NCBI RefSeq assembly: GCF_036971445.1
Contig: NC_091473.1
Span: 84,630,001 to 84,694,000 of the forward strand
Origin: Narcine bancroftii
Lineage: Eukaryota
Direction: 5' to 3'
Length of the DNA stretch: 64,000 bases
Part shown: in pieces, positions 25,611 through 35,770 of the stretch
Layout of the letters: every line of letters starts with the position of its first letter
Position numbering within the stretch: the stretch's first letter is position 1
The notes under the pieces: generated by a model
Seen by the model: only the letters and a program-made list of their open reading frames with translations
Database searches by the model: none
What the model was told of the DNA's origin: nothing
Position numbers and translations under genes: made by a program

Positions 25611-26019
25611 TGACGAGCTATAACAGGGATACAGGGCATGTAAGAGCCAAAATGTGCGCATTTACTTTGTAAGTCGGCGTCACAAGGTCCACAGGCTGGG
25701 CATAGCCATCTTAATTTCTGTGCGCATACACGAATCTTTGGTTGACACCTGCGCAGTGGGTTCATGTATTGGAGTTCAGTTGCCAAATGCGTGAGAGTGA
25801 AGCACCCTGACAACATTGAATTCACGCCTTTAACACATGCGCATGCGCCAACCGATCTCCAATATGCAAACCCTCCGTGCATACACCAACCAAAGGCTCA
25901 CGCATATGCACAGGAATCAAGATGGCCGCGCCCAGCCTATGAACCCCGGAACGCCGACTAACAAAGTACGCACGCACATTTGGCTCTTACATGTCCTGTA
26001 TCCCTGTTATAGTTTGTCA
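25611..26019. repeat. MITE-like fold-back with ~70-bp inverted arms
   Basis: ctataacagggatacagggcatgtaagagccaaa..actttgtaagtcggcgt versus acgccgactaacaaagt..tttggctcttacatgtcctgtatccctgttatag. Confidence 0.85.
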
Positions 26020-28004
26020 AATCAACATAAATCCTCTAATCTTTATATTTTTTCTTAATTGTGACACATAGGTCACAAGTCAGAGAGTACCTATATTCCT
26101 AGTAATATTTTACCTTTATGTGAAGTGTTATAATATAAAATTTAACTTTGAATTACTTTTTTTTAATTTTAGCATCATTTAATCAAAAGAATTATAAATA
26201 AGTAATGATATGCTATTTTCATAGTATCTAATCAGATCTATACAACATGCTGAAACTTTTTACAACCAACCATATACAGTATAAGCTCTATGATTGGGTT
26301 GTAACAGCTAATCAATAGCTAATTATTAAAGAATGGGCTTGGGTGTACTCTTAGGGCTCACCTCCCGTACCTTACCCCACCCCCAACACCCAGCAATTGA
26401 TCTGAAAATTCCTTCAGAATAATTCAGGATACTGGAGTCAGTCAGAACAAAGCTTTTGCTCTACTTTCAATGTTTGATCATTGTTGTCTTGTTGACAGAT
26501 CTGTCACTGACATATACATACATGTAGAAACAAGAAACGGGAAGATGAGTAGTGAATTTTGTAATGCTATTTGAGGGAGGATGGTTAATAATGACACCAG
26601 AGAAATCTAATAACAATAATACCTTTGAATCCTTTACAATCTCTTGAATCTTCAGAAGGAAGTTGAGCTTCAGTTAAGCATATCCAAAAAAAATCTCATT
26701 TTGACCTCAGTTCCTGCATGTCCTTGAAACTCAACAGGACACCAGTTCCTGAGTTCTATTGAGACTTGTTGGTTATTCAAGCTTGGGTGCACTCTCAGGA
26801 CTGTCCCTCCATTGACCTGGGAACTCCCTCAGAAATGTATTATTCTATGATGTAATTTCATTTTTCAAAAAGTGAATTAAAAGTATGTTAGAGTGTTAAC
26901 CTGTTAAAAAGATCTAATAGTTTGGAAGATCTGCTGGTCAAGTACCTCCAAATTCCTGAATATGCTAAATTAACTATGGTTTTACCATATCATCTGTACA
27001 CAGGTTTTTACTGGGTTAGGAGATAATCTCATGTTATGAATGGAGGCCACTCTCGTTAAATCATCTTGGAATTAGAGTGCTGACTTATTTTGTGTCAGTT
27101 TCAAGTTGTTTGATTGCTGGGGCATTGTACAGTGTGCACCAAACACATTATTTCAATTAAATCTCTTAGCAGGACCCAGGACAAGACTTTTTTTAAAAAT
27201 AATCCTAAAAAATTTTAATGGTAGAAAAAACAACTTCTTGAAATAAACTTGAAATTATTTTATGGCTGTTATTGTACTATACTATCTATGCATAACTTGC
27301 AAAGCTTGGACTAAACCTCCTGTGGACCTTGCAAGACCAGGAATGGGTTAGTAAACTAGCTGAGGCAAAAGTCCTGGTATCAATTAGTTACCAAGTTAAA
27401 ATAACTATGGATTTAGAGTAAGGGTAAATAATTAACACAAGTTGTATGACTTGTTATGTGTAATTTTCCCCATAACTTTTACTGCGAGTTACTTTCAGGT
27501 TTTCTTGAAGTACTATGCTTTTAACTGGCTATTTTATGTTCTGTGTTTCAGATAATATAAAATCTATTAAGCAAAAATTATGAAAGCGCTTTATTTTTAC
27601 TTCTCCCACAATCGATTGCATGGTACATTTTCAGATTAAAGCTAAGCATCTCAAAGCTCATGACGTTAGTCTTACTAAGCAAGATGTTAAGAAGTGAAGG
27701 CAACTTAAATCCTGGTATAATACAGTTACATCGAGGTAATGTAAAGGATTGACTTGAAGTTTCGCCAAAACGTTATCTTGAGGAACTGTCCTGAGATGTT
27801 GTTCTTGCAATATTTTAATTGTGTGTTGAAAATTTCCTTATTCCCCTATCTGTACATCATTATGTGTATTGCTTGGATCATTCTCATTGGATTTTCAAGA
27901 GGATTTAGGAATTGTGGTCTTGGTTGTGGATCTGCAATGAATTGAAGTGCAAAAAGAGATGACTGCTTTCTTTGACCCAAAATCAAAAGGAGTCAAATTT
28001 GGAC

Positions 28005-28255
28005 TTTTTTTGTTGCATACATCACAGTAACAGGCCATTTCAGTCTTCGAGTCCATTCCACCCATTTTAGACCCAATTAGCCAACACCCTCACTACATTT
28101 CAAACTGTGGGAGGAAACCAAAGCCCCCAGAGAAAACCCACACAGACAGGGGAAGAACATACAAACTCCTTACGACAGCGCAAGATTCAAACTTGTGTCC
28201 TGATCACTGCCGCTGTAAAGGAGTTGCGCTAACCACTACACTAACCATGCCGCCC
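28005..28255 (-). mobile_element. tRNA-derived SINE (V-SINE/HE1-like)
   Basis: Reverse complement begins gggcggcatggttagtgtagtggttagcgc and ends aatggcctgttactgtgatgtatg. Confidence 0.82.
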
Positions 28256-28410
28256 AATTGAATGAACAGAAAGAAATAAAAATAAGAAATAGAAAAAATT
28301 CTCTAATTATTATTCCCATTCTAATTCTGATCATTTCAAGGCCCACGTGATTAAAAATAAAAGTACACAGGACTGAATGAATCACCATTCCAGACCATAT
28401 TTGTGAATAT

Positions 28411-28652
28411 GGGTAGAGAGCAGAGCAGTGGGATCAGTGTGGGGACCGACATGGGACTATGGGGAGAAAGCAGAACAGTGGGATCAGTGTGTGGACCGAC
28501 ACGGGACTATGGGGAGAGAGCAGAGCAGTGGGATCAGTGTGGGGACCGACACGAGACTATGGGGAGAGAGCAGAGCAGTGGGATCAGTGTGGGGACCGAC
28601 ACGGGACTATGGGGAGAGAGCAGAGCAGTGGGATCAGTGTGGGGACTAACAT
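28411..28652 (+). repeat. 50-bp minisatellite, ~4.8 copies, inside a CR1 3' end (tail to ~28740)
   Basis: Unit ggggagagagcagagcagtgggatcagtgtggggaccgacacgggactat at 28411, 28461, 28511, 28561 and 28611. Confidence 0.95.
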
Positions 28653-29029
28653 GGGGCTAGTTTAATTGGGGGATAATGTTTGGTGTGGACCTTGTTGTCA
28701 AACGGGCTGTTCCTGTGCTGTATTGTTCTTTGTTTTAGATATTCATTATATTTGGTGTTTGCATTTCCTTCTGACAAACTCCCTGGGTTTTTATTTGCCA
28801 CCCTCATGCCTTTTGCTAACTGGTTCATGTGTAAATTGTTCTGCACTACCAAGACCTGTGTAGTTATATATTTCTCCTGATGCCTCTGCTAGTTCAAACT
28901 CTCTGCTGGTCTGATTCCTCTCTGAGCACTCAAGGTTTGGCGTGGCTATGGGCAGATTATCAACAAGCATTTGGTGCTTGGTGCCTGCATTGGAAAGTAA
29001 CAAATTAATTTGTCCCTCATAAGTGGGAT

Positions 29030-29350
29030 CAGTATGGTGACGGCCCGTGCCGGCCGCCCCAACCCCTACAGCCCACACCGGCTGCCCCAGTGCTGACAGC
29101 CCGCGGTGGGGGGTAGGGGGGCTGTCAGGCACTCACCAGCTGATTGTCATCCCCTCAGCAGCCACTTTCAGGCGGCTGCATTCAGGTGCCGGGGGGACCA
29201 CTGTGCTGCTGCGATGATCCCTCCCGGGGGGGGGGGTTACAAAGTTCGCCTCGCAGGTGCCTCCTGCATTTTAAGTGGCTTCCCGACAGCTGCATATGGG
29301 CATAATATGGAGCCTTTACGTCGGGGGATTTTGGCCACCTGAAAGTGCCT
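29030..29350. mobile_element. GC-rich non-autonomous DNA transposon fragment (possibly Harbinger-like)
   Basis: Ends gccacctgaaagtgcct, with internal inverted echoes (cactttcaggcggc). Resembles 31207-31750. Confidence 0.35.
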
Positions 29351-29759
29351 TCAAAAAGACAAAAAGAACCAACCATTTAATTACCAGTTTGCCATTGCTG
29401 CTAATCCAAGTGCTCCTTCTGTGTTTATATGACTGTTGGAAGGTTGGAGTTCTCTGAAAGGACTTTACAGGTGGCCTTGAGAACATCAGTATCTCAGTGA
29501 CGCTAGTCTGAGCTTTAAAATTGAAAAACTGCAATAAAAAAATGAAGAGCTAGAACCTCCAACACATCAGACTACAATGATAGGAAAACGAAACAAGAGT
29601 TGACGTTTCTTACTGAGGACCCTTCTTTGGAGCTTACATGCCATATGTTTATGCATTGTACAGAAGGCCAGATGAGATTTATCCAAGGATGCTCTGGGAG
29701 GTTGGGGATGAGATTGCTGCATCCAGTCTGAGATTTTAAATCTTCACTAGACATGTGAG

Positions 29760-30035
29760 GTACCAATGTATTAGGTTCCCTCTTTCGAGGGATAGCGGGA
29801 AAATCTACCAATTATAGACTGTGAACCTAATGTTGGCAGAAGGGAACTTATTGGAAAAAAAAATTGAGGGACCGGATTATGGTTTTGTCAAGTGCAGATC
29901 CTGCCTGATCTATCTAATTAAATTATTTAAAGGATCTATCAAACTGTACTGTTGAGGATAATGCAGTAGATGTGTTTTTATGGATTTCAGTAAGATCTTT
30001 GACAAGATGTCACGTGGGAGACTGGTCCACAATGT
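29760..30035 (+). mobile_element. Old CR1 RT fragment
   Basis: aattatagactgtgaacc, ggttttgtc..agatcctgcctg and gatgtgtttttatggatttcagtaagatctttgacaag (DVxxMDFSKxFDK). Confidence 0.65.
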
Positions 30036-30042
30036 AGGGAAA

Positions 30043-30670
30043 GCACAGAAATGCTGGAGGAACTTAGCAGGTCTCATAGCATCCATAGGTGGTAAAGATG
30101 TACCTATATCTGATGTTTCGGGCCTGAGCCCTTCTTTAAGGTGTGAGTAAAAAGCCTGAATTAAAGGGCTGGGGAGAAGGAAAGAAAAGATGGAAAAGCA
30201 CAGATTAACAGACAAAAGGTGTGAATTGGTTGTGGGTTGGAGGACAGAGGAAAGGTGAGAATTGATGAAGGAGGGGGGTTTGAATATAAAGCTGGAGGAA
30301 AGGAGACAGAGGGAAAAGGGAAGAGAGGGAGAGAGACACAGCAAGAGGAAATGAGACTTGGGGATAGATGGGGAAGGGGAGGGCTAATGGAAACTGGAGA
30401 AATCGATTTTAGAGCCATCCATTTGGAGGGTGCCCAGACAGAGTATGAGGTGTTATTCCTCCAATTTGCAGGCGGCTTCAGTTTAGTAGTGCACGAGACC
30501 ATGGGCCACCTTTTTCTATTGGTCTGTACTCTCCCTATCTTTTTCCTTCTCCCCAGCCTTTTAATTCAAGTACCTGTCCACTTTTCACTCATACCTTGAT
30601 GAAGGGTTCAAACCCACAACATTGTTTATATATTTTTAACTCATATAGGTGCAGGGAGACTTACTAGAAT
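30043..30670. mobile_element. Penelope-like element with inverted terminal portions and a GIY-YIG C-terminal remnant
   Basis: Minus strand at ~30395-30500 reads KLEEXHLILCLGTLQMDGSKIDFS. Terminal blocks 30050-30140 and 30595-30670 are inverted. Confidence 0.7.
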
Positions 30671-30704
30671 CGCACCATCTGCAGATTTGTGTGTTCCATC
30701 CAAA

Positions 30705-31070
30705 ATGTTGGGCCCCATGGGATCCAGGGCAAATGGACAAATTGTTGGCTTAATAACAGGAAATAATGAGTCAGAACACAGTATAGAGAATCTGATAGGG
30801 TGGTGCGAGAATAATCTTGCTCTCGATGTCACCAAGACCAAAGAATTCATTACTGATTTTAGGATGAGGAGCCATGCACCTCTCCTCAGTGATGAGACAG
30901 AGTTGGAGAGGGTAAAACCTTCAGGTTCCTGAGAGTCCTTATTTCAGAAGATCTCTTCCGGAGCTAATACATCAAGGCATGCCATGCCTCCATTTTCTAA
31001 GGAGTGTGAGGATATTTGGAATGTTGTTGAATATTGTATCAAATTTCTACAGGTGCACTGTGGAAAGTCT
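30705..31070 (+). mobile_element. Rex1/Babar-like LINE RT C-terminal fragment
   Basis: IVGLITGNNESE..IENLIGWCENNLALDVTKTKEFITDFR. Confidence 0.75.
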
Positions 31071-31206
31071 ACTGTTCACAGTAGACTTTCAAAGTATTTG
31101 TTTGTATATTTTGGGTTCCTCATAAGACCCCATAGGCCAGGCAACATCATACAGATTACATCACATTAGCAGCACATTGCACAAAGGAGTTTGACTTTAC
31201 TATCAA

Positions 31207-31750
31207 TAGGTGCTTTCCAGCTACCTTGTAAAATGGGGTTAACAGGGCAATTTGCCTGGTTAGTATCCCACTCACAAGGCAGCTTGAAAGGATCCAACCT
31301 GGTCAGCAGGCTCCAAAATCAGCGCGGGTGTCACAGGGAAACCTCTGCTGAAGTGTCTGCCATGATCGGGGCAGAGAGGGATCATTGCCACGAGGGGGTG
31401 GCCACAATTGGGGGGAGAAGTCATTGCCATGGGGGAAGGGAGCTGCTGCTATCGGTGGGGGTAGAGAGGTCGGCTGCTGCGTGGTGGGGGTAGCATGATT
31501 GATGGTGGGGGGGGAAGTGACAACTGGTGGGGGGGATGGGGGAGAGTTTGTGTGATGCATCACCTACTGCGTGATCGCGGAGTTGGAATCCCCCATAAAT
31601 TGCTGTGATAGCGATTTACTGGGTCTATTTTCCCCCCCTCCTCCCTCCTTCCCCGCCCCCAGCTTGAAAGGTGCTGGTAGCACCTTAAGCTCGCTAATCG
31701 CACCTGGGTCCCTGGAGGGCTACTCAGGTGCTACAGCATAAAAATGCCTA
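31207..31750. mobile_element. GC-rich MITE (possibly Harbinger-like)
   Basis: Imperfect TIRs taggtgctttccagct / agcataaaatgccta. Internal cagcttgaaagg occurs twice. Confidence 0.4.
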
Positions 31751-32572
31751 ATGACTGTCCACTATTTCGCCCCATCACAGACATTCCCATTGTTCCACCC
31801 AATAAACTCTACTTTCTTTACCAATCAGATGAACTTGTTTTCTCTCTTTTGGAGTTCAGATGAGGGTTTTTTTTTAACCTGAAACATTTTCCACAGATGT
31901 TGCCTGATGAAAAGATGTTTTATTTCCAGAAATGTTTGTCTTATTTTTGATTTCCATCATATTCAGTTTTTAAATAAATTTTTGCATTGAGAAGATGTTT
32001 TCTTTATTTCAGTGACCAATATTTAATTGAATTTTGAATTGAATATTTCTAATTATGTATTTTGTAAAATGAATGAGATAAGGAGGGTGAAGATATTGCC
32101 TTTTCTGTTCAAATGTATTTTTCTTGCATTTCTGACCCTTGAAATGAATATATAGCTATAAATTCACATTCTGCCAATGAAGTCATTTTCATTTAAATTC
32201 GACTGACCTTTGTCATTTAAGCAGCTGTACGTCAAGACTTCCAGGGATACAGAGTGCAACGCAGAATTCTAGGGCGTATTGTTGAACTTGAATGGCTGAT
32301 GCCTGTTCTCATTCTCTGTCTCTGTCTTTCTCTTTCTGTCTGTCTCTTTTCTCTGCGTCTGGAGTCCAATGCTCAAATCCAATCTTTCTGACATTCCTCA
32401 GAATCACAGTCACGTCCAGTGCAGCTGAGAGCTGGTACAGAATATGAAATCGCATTGCTTTCAATAGGGGATCAATTCTTCTGGATTATGAGGTAGTGGG
32501 GATGATTTCTTTTCAAATATTTTGCTTTTTTTTTAAGATGCAAGTGTTTCATTTAAAGTGAACTGTTTAAGA

Positions 32573-34982
32573 TTTTTTTCTAATATTTTATTTTTGGTTT
32601 TCATAGACATAAAAATTCAAGTAACCAATACAATCCCTTTCAATGCTCATATCACAGAGTGTGTAGTTATCCCCTCCTCCCCACCCCCCAAGTCAATACA
32701 TACAATCATAAAATATACAGATACAATTAGTATTGGGGTTCATGACCCCTACAAAAACCTCTTGTCCCTCTTCCTTAATTCCACTAATTTCCTGCTGGGA
32801 TGGATCGTTACAGCACCCATATTTTGAAGAGGCAGAGAGCTAGTCAAATCTGTGTACCCATGTATTTCAAATAGAGTTGCCACACTCTAACGAATGTGTC
32901 ATATTTCCTCCTTAGATTGTATGTGATTTTAATCAACAAGGGAATGCAGTTCTGCATTTTCACATTCCATCATGTGGTATTTAATTGTGAGTTGGACTTT
33001 CACATAACTGCTTTACACTTCCTGGCTGCCGAAAGGGCAACCTTCACGATCTGAATTTGGTATTTGTACAGTCTACAACTCACGCCCCCAATGTCTCCCA
33101 GAAGGTAAACTTCTGGATCTTGAGGAAAATCCACTTTTGTAATTTCTTTCAGAATGTCCCAGGTCCACCCAGAAGGATCTCACCTTTGCACGTAGCCCAA
33201 TGGTGTGTATAAAGGTTCCAATCTCCACACCACACCTAAAGCACATTTCTGAAATTTCAGGCTTTGATTTGTGTAATCTTTGTAGTGTGAGGTACGCTGG
33301 TGCAAGAAGATATATTGCATCAACCTGTATCTGGCATTAATGACTCCAGTCACGGTGACCAGATACAGGTCTTGCCACCACTCTTCATCAATTGTTGTGC
33401 CTAAGTTCAACTCCCATCTCTCCTTCGACCTGTGTAAACCCGGCTTCAGGCCCTCACTTTGGAATATGTAATAAGAGATAAATTTACACATATTCCCTGT
33501 CGAATTACAATCTCCACATTACTACATCTAGGTAGGGTTATAGATGGTCCCAATTTTTTTCCCTTAAGAAAGATCTTATTTGCAGATAGCAGAAGAATGT
33601 TCTATTAGACAAATCGTATTTGTTCCTCAACTGCTCGAATGGCATTAGCTGCCTTAGCTCGTAAAATCCTCAATATACCTGATCCCTTTCTGGCACCAGG
33701 TGTCCAGGATTTTATTACCCAGAGTCAAGGGTGTTTTGGGAAATATCCCCACCTTTCATCCAATGCATTGATTTATTCTTTGCCATATCTGAAGTACATG
33801 CTTTAGTATGGGGTTATCTGTTTTGTTTGAAATGAATTTAGTGTCCCGTTTATATATAAACTCTCCTGCTATCTTTTCACCTACTGTACATAATCTAATT
33901 TTTGCCCAGGAGGGGGGCCCCCTCCCTCAAAGAGTGAGGCAATAAACCTTGCTTGGACTGCCCAGTAATTTTTTTTGAAATCAGGTTATTTCAAACCCCC
34001 CCCCCCCCCCCCATTATAATCCCACATAAATTTTTCCATGAAGATTTGAGCCACTTTTCCGTTCCAGAGGAACCTTCTGACACATTTGCTGAGCATCTTA
34101 AAAAAGCCTTGAGACAACAAAATGGGTAGCGATTGTAAAGGATACTGGAGCCTTGGCATCATGTTCATTCTCACAGTTAACTCTGTCCACCAGTGTTATG
34201 GGCAAAGTCCTTCATCTAGCAAGGCTCTCTTCAATCTTCCAGAACAAAGAGAGATAATTGTTTGTATAAGTTGTATAAACCTTTGTCTACTTTTATCCCC
34301 AGGTATTTAATGCCTTTTTGCTGCCATTTAAATGGACTTCTCTGTTGATATTGTCTATATTCCCCATTCGTCAAAGGCATAATTTCACTTTGGTCTAGAT
34401 TTGTCTAATACCCCAAGATATTCCCATATTCCTACATTGTGGTCCTTAGTCTGGCCAATGACCCCCCGCCTCCCCGGGGTCTGTCAAATATACTAACACA
34501 TTGTCAGCAAAAAGGTTGGTTTTTGTGTTCCACCTGGCCTTCCTTGAACTCCTTTATGTCTGGATCCTGCCAAATGGCTTCCGCCAGCAGCTCAATTGCC
34601 AGTATGAACAGCGCTGTGGACAACAATAGGCAGCATTACCTACAGGACCTGCTCAATGGAAACACTGGAGACTTCTGCCCATTTGTAATTTGCTTGGGGT
34701 TTACAATAAGGAGTCCTCACCCAATTAATAAATGTTTGACCCAATTCAAATTTCTCCAGTACCTTGAACAAAAAGTCCCACTCCAATTTGTTGAAGCCTT
34801 CTCCACATCCAGAGCTACAGCCAGTCCTGGATCCACCCTGACTGTGCCAGATGTACTATATTGTTTGCTGATTGTCTCCTTTCTGTCAATCTAGCTTCGT
34901 CTGTTGAGTTAATTTTGGCAGATATTCTGCCAACCTATTGGTCAATGCTTTTGCAATGATTTTAGAATCTGTGTTCAATAAC
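32573..34982 (-). mobile_element. L1 ORF2 3' part (RT to C-terminus), 3' UTR and polyA, degraded
   Basis: LLNTDSKIIAKAL, LDVEKA, MNMMPRLQY..RRFLWNGK, INARYRLMQY. T-run plus tttatt at 32573-32595. Confidence 0.88.
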
Positions 34983-35770
34983 TACATCCTTTGCTTAATC
35001 AAAATAGGATTAAAATCTTGAAAGAATAGCACTTTTCATGGTCACTCTCAGGCAGGCCATTATTTTGCTTAAGACGATTCATATCCTGCTCCCAGAATTA
35101 TCTCCTGTTCCCAATAACTCAAAAGTCTTACCAGGACTGGTTGTGGTTGCTGATCATCAGCTCTCTGGGTCCAAGGGTCCGGTGAGCCTTTTCTATCTGT
35201 AATTTTTCTTTGAATTTGTCTTCTCCTAGCACTTGTGGAATCTATGTTTCAAAGAAGTTCACCATGTCTCTCCCCTCAATCCCTTCATTCAATCTAATAA
35301 TTCGAACATTCTCCATGTGGTCGATCTTTTTCCATAGCTTTTAGCTTATCTTGTGTTTTTTGCCAAGTCTATTTCTACTTGGATCATTCATTTCATTAAA
35401 TCTTCAAAGATTACTTTAATTTCAGTCAAACTCTCAGACATGTCTCTCATTACAGTTTTGATGCCTGCAAATTGATTACTCAAATTTTCCATCTTCTCCA
35501 GGATAATATTTAATTCTTGTCCAATCTCCCCAGCTCTGCCATGGTGGCCTGTTCCGAGACCACTCTTGCACCACTGCCTTTTGGGCTTTCACTTGAAGTT
35601 CCTGAGTAGAAACTTCCTCAGCTTCTGGTTTTTTTTTTTGTTGTCTTGGTCACTTTGTCCATTTTTGGGGAAAAAATTCTCAATTTTAAGGTTTTAACTG
35701 CCTTTTTGATACTCTTCATGGAGAGCTCAACCAAAATACATCTGTCTAAGTCCTTCACATGGCCACATCC
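34983..35770 (-). mobile_element. 5' end (5' UTR plus partial ORF1) of a second L1, embedded in the 32573-38935 L1
   Basis: Minus strand has a 5' UTR-like ggatgtggccatgtgaagg..gagctctcc, a coiled-coil region, and ORF1 motifs QIEKAHRTLGP and RPVLVRLL-like. Confidence 0.65.

Larger units (their letters stand above)
21347..26093. mobile_element. Tc1/mariner (Tigger-like) non-autonomous element split by a CR1 that itself contains an L1
   Basis: TIRs ta|cagatactcccgacttgtgacc and ggtcacaagtcagagagtaccta|ta, with TA flanks. Confidence 0.7.

Noticed and set aside
28403-28665. Three overlapping repetitive ORFs; CRISPR-like appearance
   Set aside because: By-product of the 50-bp minisatellite. There are no unique spacers and the context is eukaryotic.
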